Below, in pieces: positions 40,593 to 52,718 of a stretch of DNA of 64,000 nucleotides. The translations under genes and the position numbers were made by a program. Location: assembly GCF_037042905.1 (NCBI RefSeq), contig NC_087245.1, forward strand, positions 41,108,001-41,172,000, given 5' to 3'. The notes under the pieces were generated by a model. The model saw only the letters and a list, made by a program, of their open reading frames with translations, was not told the DNA's origin and ran no database searches. The first letter of the stretch is position 1, and every line of letters starts with the position of its first letter. Source of the DNA: Lytechinus pictus. Taxonomy: Eukaryota.

Positions 40593-41644
40593 CTTTACGT
40601 AAGATTTTTAGATCTAAAGTTTATTCTGTTTAAGTTTAAAAATAGTGCTAATACTGCTATATATCTAGGCCTAATATCATTGAATATTCTGTTAGTATCA
40701 GAACTTTGCAATCAAATCCAGGCAGTTATGTGACTGTCTCCCACTCTCTGCTCAGCTCTGCAATACAAACTGACAGTGACACTGACACTGACAGAGTACC
40801 GGTACAGTATATACAGGAGTACAGCAGTAGGCCGGGCCTAGGCCTACAGTAGTACAGGTGAATAAAAATTATCAAACCTTTTTTTTTTTTTTTTTTAATA
40901 AGAGTATTAAAAAGGATATGAGTTTATAATCCAAGGATATCTGATATAAAGATAGATTTATTCATCATTCATATAACCAGAAACTTAGTGTACATACATA
41001 CTCACAAGTAATCTCAACCATAGATAGAATTAAATCCCCACACCGAAGTGAATACCTGGGACTGAACACACAATCCTGCACAAGCAATGCAACCTCGTCC
41101 AAAAATTGAAAGCAAGAAATCAAAAGAAAAACACAAAAGGCTGTGTCTCTAAGATTACTTGCCCTTTCTTGTAAACGTCTCAAAATCTGTGATTTGAAGC
41201 CGGTCCGCAGTACCCCACACCTATCATTTGCCTCCGAATCCAATGGCGAACACGGGTCATGTAGCCTTTTGGCAATTTTGCTTATTTTCTCTTCAAATAT
41301 TTTCTCTCGAAATGTAATGTTAGTGCATAATTTTTTGCATATCAGTAGACAACTTTATTAGTGATTCATCTGATGCCTGGCCATGGGGCTGGGCCAAAAA
41401 GTCAAAACTATATATTTTTTTGACAAAAAAAATTGTGGGATACATTTTTTACCTTCCACCAATGGAGGACCGCACAATGCCTGAAATTACAGTTTTTGAG
41501 TGCTCTAGTGAATAAAAAATAAACACCAGGATTAGTGAACTTTTGTTAGATGACTATAAAATGGAAACAACTTGCATCAAAATGAGTCTTTTTATTGTTA
41601 CCTGACATGAAAACTCAAATCTATAACATTTTTTGCTGATCATG

Positions 41645-42518
41645 TGTGTATCGAGTGGCTCTCGTCTTTTTGGGTTCAAGTCTATATGACCCTGCTCCCT
41701 GTAATAAAGATATTATTTTGTTATTCAACTCATTTGATTCTCATTTGTTTCCTCTTGATAGGTCATTTCATAATTACCCTACTAGACAAATTAACAAATT
41801 TCATTTACCCCGTTTTAGGACTTTATTGGCAAAAAGTGCATTCATGTTCAATGGTCCCAGATTTTGGAACTCCCTCGACAATAACATAATAAAACAGCCC
41901 TTCTCTATATTCTTTTAAAAGAAAACTGAAAACCTTTTTTACTCAAATCCTACAGAGGTCTTCAAAACTAATTTTCCCACCTCAGTTTCCCCTAAGACCA
42001 CAATTTATTTTTATATGTCTTCATCATTATTTTATTTCAAACTCTTTCTACATGTTCGGTCGCAATCCATCCTGTTTGTACTCATATTTATATCTCCGCA
42101 TTGTCGTCTCGTTATTTTTTTATTTTTTTTTCTTATTTAATTTTCTCTTTTTGTGTGTTATCTTTAGACATCTGTTACCAGCAAGTCTCCTTAGGCAAAT
42201 AGCAACTATTGCGTCTCTCTCTCTCTCTCTCCCTCACTCCCTCTCTCTCTACTTTCTCTTGGGGAGATTCACATTATACAAGCTATGCTTTTGAGTGAAT
42301 CTCCTATTTCCACAGATCCTTTTTTTCTATTTAAATCATGCATTATAATTTGTCTACAAAATGTACCATATTATGTAAATACCTGTGTTAATTATCATTG
42401 ATGTTATTGAATATAATTCAAATGACAATGATTCATATTGTAAAAGTTTCCTATAAATGTAAGATAATAATTTGTATTATTCTTTATGTTCTGTTGGAAA
42501 TAAAATCTGAATCTGAAT
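41645..42518 (+). mobile_element. L2/Crack-like LINE 3' fragment with UTR and tail
   Basis: HNYPTRQINKFHLPRFRT...FNGPRFWNSL...FKRKLKTFL; ends AATAAAATCTGAATCTGAAT. Confidence 0.7.
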
Positions 42519-42630
42519 TTTACTTATTCTTCACGACCATGACAGTTGAGTGCATGGTCAAACCTAGTTCATAATAAGCTTTAAGATAATTTATTATTTT
42601 CTTGTTTTAAACAGGAAGGAAGACGCAACC

Positions 42631-42939
42631 ATGGATTTCCTCTTGAACAGGACATCCCGAACCACTCGCCTCAGCATGTCCATCGAAGCGGGTGAGAACC
42701 TCTGCCATTCTCACTCAATCAACATACTTGGCCCGTCGGCCTCCCAGCCTCTCTCTGTCCAGACTGTGAGGGCGGACAGTGGCTCCGCTCCTTCGACGCT
42801 CTACAATGCAGCCTTTGCCAGGAAGCTGGGATGGTCCCACATTGCGTGTGCTGCCCTCTGCATCCTCTTGGGTATCGTGACGCTCATCTTGAGGTGCCAA
42901 GTGGCCTGGTTGGGTTCCCCGCTCTGGTCAGGATTAGCG
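42631..42939 (+). CDS. MS4A-like gene coding exon 1 (N-terminus, TM1, start of TM2)
   Basis: Acceptor AACAG at 42615, ACCATGG start context, donor GCG/GTAAGT. Confidence 0.87.
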
Positions 42940-45900
42940 GTAAGTGGCCGGCCATGCATTGGCAGATTATTTTTTGTTGGGGGGGGGGCTAGATAATGTG
43001 TACAATTTTTGAAAAAGACAAGAGAAAATTTAAAAAAATGTGTCCCCTCCCTGGCATAAGGTGAGGGAACAGTATGAGTGGGATGATAATTTTTTTTAGG
43101 GGGTGGGGAGGGGGGAGCTTGACAATTTTCTTTGCGGTAGTCCATTCATAGACAGAGTGAAAACGTGTTGAAGTAGTAGACTAATGTGCTCGGAAATGAT
43201 TTTTCTTCAAGTCATAATTGTGTTCTACTGGGTACTTGACATACTTTTTAGATTAATATCTGTATGACATTAGGGTGTTTGATTTTCAGTTTTTTCATTG
43301 TAAATATATTAAGCTTCAGTGTCTGTTGTGCAACAAATCTAGGTATCAAATTAAGTTTTCTTTTTTCTTTTTCTTTTTTTTTAGGGGGGAAGGGGTTGCA
43401 TTTGAAGGCCACGTTGAATGAGGGCACCTGTAAAAAGCTTTCTTTTTAAGTTAAAATCAATATATGTTACGACTATTCCAACCTTCAACTTCATGGTTGC
43501 AGCAGTGAATAGATAATGAAATATAATTATGAAATTTTGTACATGTTTTATCCAGTATATTATTCAGGTAAGATATTACTGAGTGGGTGCGAAAATTGGT
43601 TATTTTGTACCCTTCCATCTTCTTTTTTCCACACTTCTTTTTTTCACAGTTCTGGGTCCCGTCTTTAAAGAGTTGCAATTGATCCGATCAATCACAACTA
43701 TGGAAAGCTAGCAACATCAACATCTATTATGCATGTTTGTTCAAAATATTTTCTAACTATGATGTATGTTCATGCATTCATTGCTTTCTTGAAAATTTGC
43801 TGTGCCTCTCTTTGTTTACAAAAGATATTGTGAAAATTTCCTGTAGAAAAAATTGACAGTGATGGATTTCCATAGAGTTACGATTGATTGGGTCAATTGT
43901 AACTCTATGTAAGACGAGGCCCTGGTAACATTGTACTCTTACCATTTTTCTGTTGCCACAGTTTTTCCTTGTTGCTGGGATATTCGGCATTGCAGCAGGC
44001 CCAAATGACACATGCACTGTAAGTGATCGCTGTTATATTCATAAGGCTTTGAATTGTACGCTTTTGAAATTTGGATGAAGAAGTGAATGATCAGAGGCAA
44101 CAGATATATTTTGTCACTACCTGTCTGCCTCTTTAATTACAAACTTAGACATTTGTTTTTATAATCTTTTATCCAAATATGCTCATGCATGTAAATAGGC
44201 CTACATATGTACATTTTTTGTGGGGGATACAAAATTAAATAGTGGTATGAAACTTTATGGCCCGAATTCACAAAGGTGGTTTTGAAAACCCACGGTTGAG
44301 TCCATGGCTTATGCAGATTTCCTGCATAAATTACTCTTATTTTACCGCGTATATTAAAAAAAATGTCCAATGCCGATGCGCGCTTTTGTCACAGTGCGCA
44401 AAATTGACGCCTACTGCCGTGGTTATCCACGCTATTTTATTCAGGAGTCCACTGTTTTGAATAATGAGTTCACTCTTCAAACAGTGGACTCATGAATAAA
44501 AGAGCATATCTAACCATGGTAACGGGCGTCAATTTGGCATACTGTGACAAAAGCGCGCATCAGCATTGGACATTTTTTATACACGCGCCCGATACGCGCT
44601 AAAATAAGCGTAATTTATACAGGAAACTGTATAAACCATGGATTCGACCGTGGGTTTTCAAAACAACCTTTGTGAATTTGAGCCTATTTGTTTGATAACA
44701 ATCATTGAATGAATGAACAGATTACTTCAGTTGAAACTTTATATCATCCCTGTATAAGATAATGTGTGTGAATTGATTTGTGTTTGGTCTATCCCTCACA
44801 ACCCTTCCAGCAGTCTCATAAAACTACTTCTTCAATCTATTTGTAATTTAATTTTCTGTGTTCTCTCATTACCAAATTGAGTTCATGTTCTAAGTTCATG
44901 ATAATTCATTCTGAGTATAATAGGAAAAGCAAAATTACTTTTCGTGCATGTCCGATGAGGATTTTGTTCAGTTTAATTCATTTTGGGCACTTGGTGGAAT
45001 TCTAGGATATGAAATAGGCCTACACACAAGATAGGCTCATGTCTAGGCAACCGTTTATCATGTTAACTCAATTTGACCAAGAGATAGACTTCCATTCTCT
45101 CAATTCAGTTCAATTCAATTCAAATAAAAAATAAGTACAATACAAAGTATAGAATAGAGTAATAGCAATGTACAACAATGAAAAGGCAAGCAAATGTAAG
45201 ATAAAACAGGGGAATAAACAGATACATATAGCAATAAAAAGATACAATATAATTGGATTTGGGTGGTTGTATAAACCTTAAACGTTTGTGGAGACAACCA
45301 CCCTGTAATAAGTCTCATTGAAACTACAATATAACATTTAATGCTAATTTAAGTGATAAAATATAAAATTTGGTAATAGAAAGGAATTATATTTATACCA
45401 TAAAAACAAGTTAAAAACACATTTAACCGGACCAACCCATCACATAATTACACCATAATGTTTCATTCATTTTCTCGAAGGTGGCCTCGTTCATGGTGAT
45501 GTCAGTGATGTCGGCCATAGTGGCTTTTGTGATGTTGATCGCGATGCTGGTCGCTGCTAGTACGGAGTACGCATTCTGCAGACATACCTGTAATGCTGCC
45601 TACTGCACTACTGTTTGCAATGGACAGGTGAGTGTAGTGGATGTTAACATCTCCCAAAGCTCTTTGTTGACTTTGTTTACATTTTTATTGGTAGTTGTTT
45701 ATGTGTATACGTATATATCCAAAGCAACTGTAGCTGCGCTAGCGCCATGAGCGCCTGGAGGGTGTGTGCGCTCTAGAAGACATCGCCATTAGTTCTATTG
45801 CAATTTTTGACAAGAGACCTTTCCATTTCTTTCAATTGGATACTTCATTGTAATTTTCTAAAAGAAGATGTTTAGTATAAAGTCTTCCTGGTTTACATGT

Positions 45901-48900
45901 ACAAGTCTGCAATATTCAACTTTGTTCTTGTCTCGATTGTCGGTCGATAAGGCTATCTGCTCTTTTTTGTTGGCCCCTCATTCTCATAAATATGTTTTCT
46001 GTATGTTGTGACAATGTATTACTTATGTATTTTATGTATGTTCATGTTTTTATTGAGAATGTAAATAAATTGAATTGAACCAATACATAGATGCAGTGAC
46101 ATCTATCACCTTGTCCACTTTGAATTTATTTGCATTTAATCAAGATAAGTGCTCAGAATGTTGTTTTGTGGGGCACATGTAGGAACATTAAGTAGTTGAG
46201 GACTTTCGATGGGCTAAACAAGGCTACTGGTTGGTATAATTTGCTGTAATGCTTCAATTTACCATGTTTCAATTGTTCATTCATCCAGGCTGGTAGGATC
46301 TCGGTGGATGTTCTTGTCGCGATTGTCGGTCTGATGGAGTGCATCATCTCCATCATGTCCATCTCCGTATCCTGTCGACGCACGCAGGCCTCCGTGTCCA
46401 CACAAACCGTGGTAAGTCTCTTCACTAGCTGTAATGTCACGATCACATCAAACCGACTACTGACCGATTTGAAACTATTGGTTATTGGAGTCGGTTTTAC
46501 ACAGGGGCTTGGGGCAATTTTGCCCCCCGAATGCCCCAATAGAGCCCCGGTAAATCCTCATTCACTGGAATGTTCAAGCTTTCACAATGCTGCAGATTTA
46601 GGCAGTAGGTTGTGAAAAGTAGCCCCAGACGTTTTTTTTTTTATTAATTTTTTGCCTTGTATCATTGGTGTGACTGTGATAAGACATTGGTCAGCTGCTG
46701 ACATCTTGTATCTCAAATTTTTTTTTAATTATCGAAATTTCAGGACTGCTATAAAAGCTAAGTCAAAGCTGTCAACTAATATGTTTTAACGATATTTGTA
46801 TGTTTTTTTCATAATCAAAAGTGAAAAAATATGATTTTTAATTGCCATATATGGTTTTTTTTAATTGGATTCACATGCTTCATATGCGTAATTTATCATT
46901 TTTTGTACCAAAATATTTTTTTTCCCTTCAAAATATGATTTTAATAATGGATCAGTATGTTTTTTGGTCAACAGAGGTTGGCAGCTCTGCCAACCTAGGC
47001 GCTCAAGTATACGGTTCTATTTCAGAGTTATCACGTAAATGGCAACCTTCTTTTGCCAAGGAAGAATTGTCTACAGAAATAAGGAAACTGTCTTCATACA
47101 CTGTTGCTATCATTAATTCTTAAACTGATTTATAATTTAAAATGATTTATTCATTAAATTTCGAGATCTATACAAGGTTTTACCACCCGACTGATGATGA
47201 AAAGGTTGCTAGAAGTCTAGAGAATAGTCAGCTGGCACAAAAACATCAGACTGCATTAAGCCTGTCATGATCCTGAGCCTAAAGATTGATTGGATTTTAT
47301 AGTTTAGCAATATTTGTGAAAACATATATATATGCATGCCATCATGAATATGCAATAGGTATGCAATCGTAATAATGACGATTTTAATAACAAGAAAATG
47401 GAAAGCGGGAGCATGACATCATCAGCTTGCTTATTGCATACTGATGAAGGCATGCATAGAACTGTTTTAATAAATTGATGCAAAATTTTAAAATGACATA
47501 ACTTTTTTCTTCTCTCTTCCGATTTTGTTGAAATTTCCAGTGTATTTCTAATTAGTCTTATTTTACTCTATTTATTCAAATCCTATTATTTTCAGCCTGG
47601 AGTACCCCTTTAACCCTTTGAACCCTGAATTATTTGCAGATATCAAGATAATCGGCAAAATGAAGGAATGCATGACATTTGAAATAAATGCTCTATTCTG
47701 ATTCGAGCTCAACCATGTCAGCGGCAGCTCACTCCGCTGGTACCTGGCCTGGCCCGGCTGATGTTGTTTAGCTTCCCATGATAATCTCAAATTTTGTATC
47801 AAACTCACTGCTTTGACGGAAGTAAAATTAATAGTTTACGCATGGTCGCGCCTCGCCGTGTATTATCGCACAAGCCTCGTTGGTAGGGTAGTATATTTTG
47901 GTCATTTTTTATGCTAAAATCTGAAAGCCAATCGTTGACGAAAGTGTAAACTGAAGTTATCAACTTAATATATGTAAAGTGACATCATTTTTAAAGGTCA
48001 ACTGATATCTAAAACCCTTGCTTTTCGAATCACATGACTCGTAGCCGGTGTTACGGCTTTTCTGGTATATGCGCGACTACACGTTCATGGTGAAGCTGGT
48101 ATTCCGGCTTTACGGGTTCAAAGGGTTAAAGTTTTACTTTTCTACCTGAATAGTATATTAACCAAGTCTTTTCTTCTGCCATTAGGTACAACATTTTTTC
48201 CCATCATCTGGTGGTCGGGTGACAATTTACACTTCTGGACAGAATGCGAGCCTAATGACCAATGAACAACAGCAGCAGCAGAATCACGCTAACTTGCCAT
48301 GTAAGTTTTAGGCTATTCTGGTTACCATGGAAACTAAATTACCCCCCCCCCTTCACTAAAAAAATGAATGAAATTGTAAAAGGGAAATTCATTGAAAATT
48401 AAAAGATGACAATAGAAATAGATGAATATAGATATAGAAAGATAAATATAGAAATAAATTATAATTGTCTAGGAATAAAAAATGTTAGAATAAAGTTGCA
48501 AAAATAAGATTAACTGAAAATTATTAGATAATAATGTTAAAGATAGACAAATGAATATATGAATATATAGATTAAAATAATAATAACCCCCAAATTGAAG
48601 ACTGCAACCTTATTTCAGAACAATCAGCATTTTGAATATTTTTGTTATGTATGAAAAAGTAAAGTCATTGTAATGGTGGTTAAGAATAAATGTTAATGAA
48701 TTCTAGTGATATGAAAATTGCAGACTATTTGAGCTAAATTTAACTGCAAGACCCCTCTATTTCATTATTTACTGGCTTTCAAAAAAAAAATCAAAATTTG
48801 TCAAAGATGATGTAATGTTATCAGGTTACGAGATAAATCTTGACAAGATTGATTGGTTTGTTCGTTCTTTACACAGTGCTCGGGATGATTTTGCCCTAAT

Positions 48901-50567
48901 AATGCTCATCAAAAGGGCCCCAGAAAAAAATATGTTTTCACTGTACTGCAATAGTAAAGCTTTTCCAATGATCCAGATTTATGCAGTAGATCGTGAAAGT
49001 AGCCCCCCCCCCTCAAAATTTTTTTTAAAATAGATATATAGAATAATAGTAATAAAATGAATGAATATATTAAAAAATTAAAAAAAGGAAAATTTTGCCT
49101 GCTGCAGAGTCAGCCTATGCATCTGTTGTCTCTTGATATTGACCTTGATAAAGACATTGCTTTAAGAAGTGTATTCAAACTTGGGTTATCTCTTTGCCAC
49201 CGTGTCCTTGTAGTGCATGTGTACGACCAGCCATCGGTGTATCCTGTGACCCTTCCCGGTAGCATCATGGCGTACCCCGAGGATCAGAGCCTGCCTTTCC
49301 ACGCCCAAGCTCAGCCCACCACCCACCCACCTCTGCATACCAGCGTGGACACTCTTCCTTCGACTGCACCTGTTGTAGGGATGTCTCATCAAGCCCCGTA
49401 TTCCTCAGGTAATTTGCCTAGCAGTTTGTATGGTAAAAGAAGCAATCGATTGATCAAAGAGAGTGCATGTTTAAAAATGGAACCTTTTAATTTTGTTTAA
49501 ACCAAAATTCTTTCTTGTAAAGAATTAAAAATATTGTTTTCTCCATTCATTGGAAATTTGTTGAGTTGTGGGATTAGTACTGGTTGATATTTGATTTCAG
49601 TGTTAGTTGATTATCGCCAGCAAAGCATCGCCAATAACATGATATATTTTGCTTAGTCTTAAAATTCTATATATACGTTCATTATGAGCTGCAGTTCTGT
49701 GAGAGCAGGGAAGGGAGAAGTGAAAGTAAGACTTCCATCTGTGCTTGTCCATGACACGTGGGTACCAACTCACAAAGATCTAAGATGGTACAATGCAATA
49801 CAGAAATATATATATTTATATCTGCAGTGAAGAGATGAAGCTGAAGTTGAGATCGATGGTGAGAATTTGCACTGTGCAAAAGCTACAACTTTTCTAGCTA
49901 AACACGAATTGGTACACATTAAGCAAAATTTATTTCTATTATTGTATTTTCCAGAAATTTGTGTCAGGCGGCACATCCCATTTAAACCCAAGAGCCAGGA
50001 GGTAATTTGGCTTGCCATGCAGCTATGCCCTGTTGAAAAAAAGAATTAATATAGAAGATGACCTCTAGACTTTATTTTATGTGTGGACTAAAATTCTTTT
50101 TTTTTTTCATGTGCCTCTTGCCATTGCTGGGCCGGGGGGGCCTTGACTGCTTTCTTGGAACCTTTCTTGGAAATTTGACCTGTTAGCTGGTCTGTGAAAA
50201 ATGTACCGAAGCGTGTGCACCGATCAGATATTCGATTGCTAATCTTGTTTTGTCTTCATAAACCGTGTATGTATTTTCCTATGTTTCTTCTGTTTTTGTT
50301 TCTTTATTTGCAGCTGGAGACATTGTTTATCCAATTGGCCATGGGGAAGTCCTCTCCCAAGAGGGAGTTGCCTTGCCACCGTACTCTGTGGTGCAGCAGG
50401 ATGACACCAACACCGAGAGGTCACCACCACCCCCATTCACATCTTACATATCACCAGACACCGAGCTTACACCAGAATTAGGCACCATGGTGTATCCTTA
50501 TGGAACCTCTGTGTATTCGTCCCTCCCACCACCTTACCAAGCCAGCAGGGAGTTTCAGAATGTGTAA
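42631..50567 (+). CDS. Four-transmembrane CD20/MS4A-like (FAM189/ENTREP-like) protein with a Pro/Tyr-rich PPxY tail; 7 coding exons, 1200 nt, ~399 aa (gene-level span)
   Basis: Exons 42631-42939, 43962-44018, 45481-45627, 46289-46411, 48186-48300, 49214-49408 and 50314-50567. All introns GT-AG with consistent phases (0,0,0,0,1,1). Four hydrophobic helices, including the MS4A-type G.P.WSG..FF..GIFGI pattern. Confidence 0.85.
43655..43921. mobile_element. ~270-bp Harbinger-like MITE
   Basis: Same family as 20637; CTG on both flanks. Confidence 0.85.
43962..44018 (+). CDS. MS4A-like gene coding exon 2 (FFLVAGIFGIAAGPNDTCT)
   Basis: CCACAG/GTAAGT boundaries, 57 nt. Confidence 0.85.
44259..44684. 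mobile_element. Almost fully palindromic (foldback) Harbinger-like MITE
   Basis: GGCCCGAATTCACAAAGGT ... ACCTTTGTGAATTTGAGCC with ~200-bp arms; TAT on both flanks. Confidence 0.85.
45481..45627 (+). CDS. MS4A-like gene coding exon 3 (TM3 and Cys-rich loop)
   Basis: GAAG/GTGAGT boundaries, 147 nt. Confidence 0.87.
46289..46411 (+). CDS. MS4A-like gene coding exon 4 (TM4)
   Basis: TCCAG/GTAAGT boundaries, 123 nt. Confidence 0.87.
47260..47609. mobile_element. Right half of a degenerate Kolobok-like MITE
   Basis: Ends TTCAGCCTGGAGTACCCCT-TTAA; resembles 15667-16244 and 22530-23127. Confidence 0.6.
47614..48125. mobile_element. piggyBac-like MITE
   Basis: TTAA TSD; perfect 12-bp TIRs CCCTTTGAACCC / GGGTTCAAAGGG. 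Confidence 0.85.
48186..48300 (+). CDS. MS4A-like gene coding exon 5 (VQHFFPSSGGRVTIY...QQQQQNHANLP)
   Basis: ATTAG/GTAAGT boundaries; open frame; phase links exons 4 and 6. Confidence 0.75.
49214..49408 (+). CDS. MS4A-like gene coding exon 6 (Pro/Ser/Thr-rich)
   Basis: TTGTAG/GTAATT boundaries, phase 1-1, GC-richer than flanks. Confidence 0.78.
50314..50567 (+). CDS. MS4A-like gene last coding exon (LPPY, PPPPF, PPPY motifs)
   Basis: Strong acceptor TTTATTTGCAG; stop TAA at 50565-50567. Confidence 0.8.
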
Positions 50568-50959
50568 GGTGTTAATGAGAGTGTACCATCCAGGCATGCT
50601 TAGACTCTACATTCAAAACCCACATAAACACTTGACACCAAGGTTACACCATATTGCATCTTGTACCAACCAAATGGTACCTCTATGCATCCATCCCCAC
50701 CACCACAATAGCTATTGAACCTGCAGGTGATTTTGTAATCCGGGAATTTTACATTCAAAACCTACACCACGGCACTTAATTAACACCAAGGTTACACCAG
50801 ATTGCACCTTGTGGTAAATGGAGCTTCTGTGCATACATTCCTAGATATTAAAATGAAAGACGATTCTGTGGTCCATTTTGTTTAGAGATTGAAGATTACA
50901 CATGGAATACTGATAGCCTCAAGCCTCTTGCTATATGGACAATAACCAAGAGACCCCAG

Positions 50960-51105
50960 GGGCCCGTTGCAGAAAGAGTTGCAATCGAACACAACTCCAA
51001 AAATCTTGCATAATTTGATTTTTCAGTCAATGGAGCACCCGTATTCGGGACTTGCGCTTGATATTTTGACTTGTGTTTAAACGCAACTCTTTCTGCAACA
51101 GGCCC
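50960..51105. mobile_element. ~145-bp Harbinger-like MITE
   Basis: GGGCCCGTTGCAGAAAGAGTTGC ... GCAACTCTTTCTGCAACAGGCCC; CAG on both flanks. Confidence 0.8.
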
Positions 51106-52718
51106 CAGATATGTAGCACAAAGTGTGAATTTTCAATTAATTTTGTGCACTGAACTAGAAAATCCTACTTCCTGTTTAGTGATGTGGGACCCTACAACTT
51201 CCGATCTACGCTTACCGTAGCTGAGGGCTAGGCTGGTCGCATCTGTGCTTTCACCGTTTTCAGTCTCTTCTTACATTTCGAGGAGGAATCATTGTAAAAT
51301 TTGCTACTGGGTCATGTTATCCCTCTCACTGTATACTAATTGTTACCTTCAAGGTATCAGAAGTTACTGGGTCACACCAGTACACAGCATGACCTACATC
51401 CAGGAACTTTTGGTTATTGTCGATAGCAAAGAATTCTATCATCATAAAAAAAAGGGCCAACTCAGTTCATAATGGGGACTTTTTTTTAATCACAGAATCA
51501 ATGACATATTCTTTGATACCTGATCCATGACAGATACAGAATCTCTCACTGGATCATAATCCTTGGCATGTTGTGTACAAAATTAAGAGTTACAAGTGAT
51601 TGTAGATTGATTATACCTTTATGTGCTTCAGGGCACAGATGTAATATACACTATGCAGTCTAGCGTACATGTAGGTGCTTGCATTCCAATTTAATCAGCT
51701 TTAACATCCAAATCAAAATTGTATTTCGTATATATATTTGAGGAAAGAATCTAATACCCTTCTTTTCAATTAATGATCATTCCAAAAATCTATTTAGAAG
51801 TATTCATGCTAGAAATACCAAAGGAAATATGACAGGTGTGGTTCTCAACAGTATTCTCTCAATGTAATGGTATTTAGATATATTCTTTAATCCAAAGGAT
51901 AATTTGTAACAAAATCATGTCCATTTACATGGTTTATGTGCAATACATATTGATTAAGGTTTCAGTGCAACATTTGGTAAAAGAGATAAAGAGTTTACAT
52001 GAAGTGTAAGATTTTTAATTGCATTATAATGTTGTTCTTGTTGTTTTATTCAAAATTTTTTAATTCTTTATAATTCAGTCTGATTTAATTAAAATGTGGT
52101 TTATGCTTTAGATTGTTACACAGCAGTATGCTATTTGTTGAATTACGTTGACAAGGTATACTGGCTAATTCATGAAGAAGATTTCAGATAAAACATTACT
52201 TTAACTGGATAATTTTTCAATAATTTTCCTGCATAAATGTTATCAAACTTCTTTTAACACTAAAAAAAAAAACACCTGAGGATCATTTTATAAAAGAACT
52301 TGCAGGGTGATTTATTTGACAAAGTCAGATAAAAAATAGCCATCAAAATCAATCGGTTGTCAGATCTACAACTTGTTGCATGAAAATTGTTGATGAAATG
52401 CCCCCCAGGGGGGATTGTAAATTTCATGAACTTTTTTGTTGTTTTGCATGTTGTCAGATGTGACTATTTAACTTCATTTCATTTGGCTCGGAGGCATATG
52501 TGTCTGACTGCTATTACGTTAACTGTTGGATAAAACAGACTTTAGTATGCTCCTCATCATACAAGCACAGTTTCACAAGGCAGATGGAACCAATAATGTA
52601 TTTACAGGGTATAATAGCAATGTTGATCGCTGTAGTATGATATTGTGTGGTTTATGTAACAAGGAAATAAAACAGATTAATATACATGTACATGTATGAC
52701 AATCATATATTATATATA

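Larger units (their letters stand above)
36157..41260 (-). mobile_element. Near full-length CR1-clade non-LTR retrotransposon (5' boundary approximate)
   Basis: ORF1, then APE-RT ORF2, a ~180-nt 3' UTR and an (AAAGT)n-like tail at 36157-36183. No TSD found. Confidence 0.92.
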
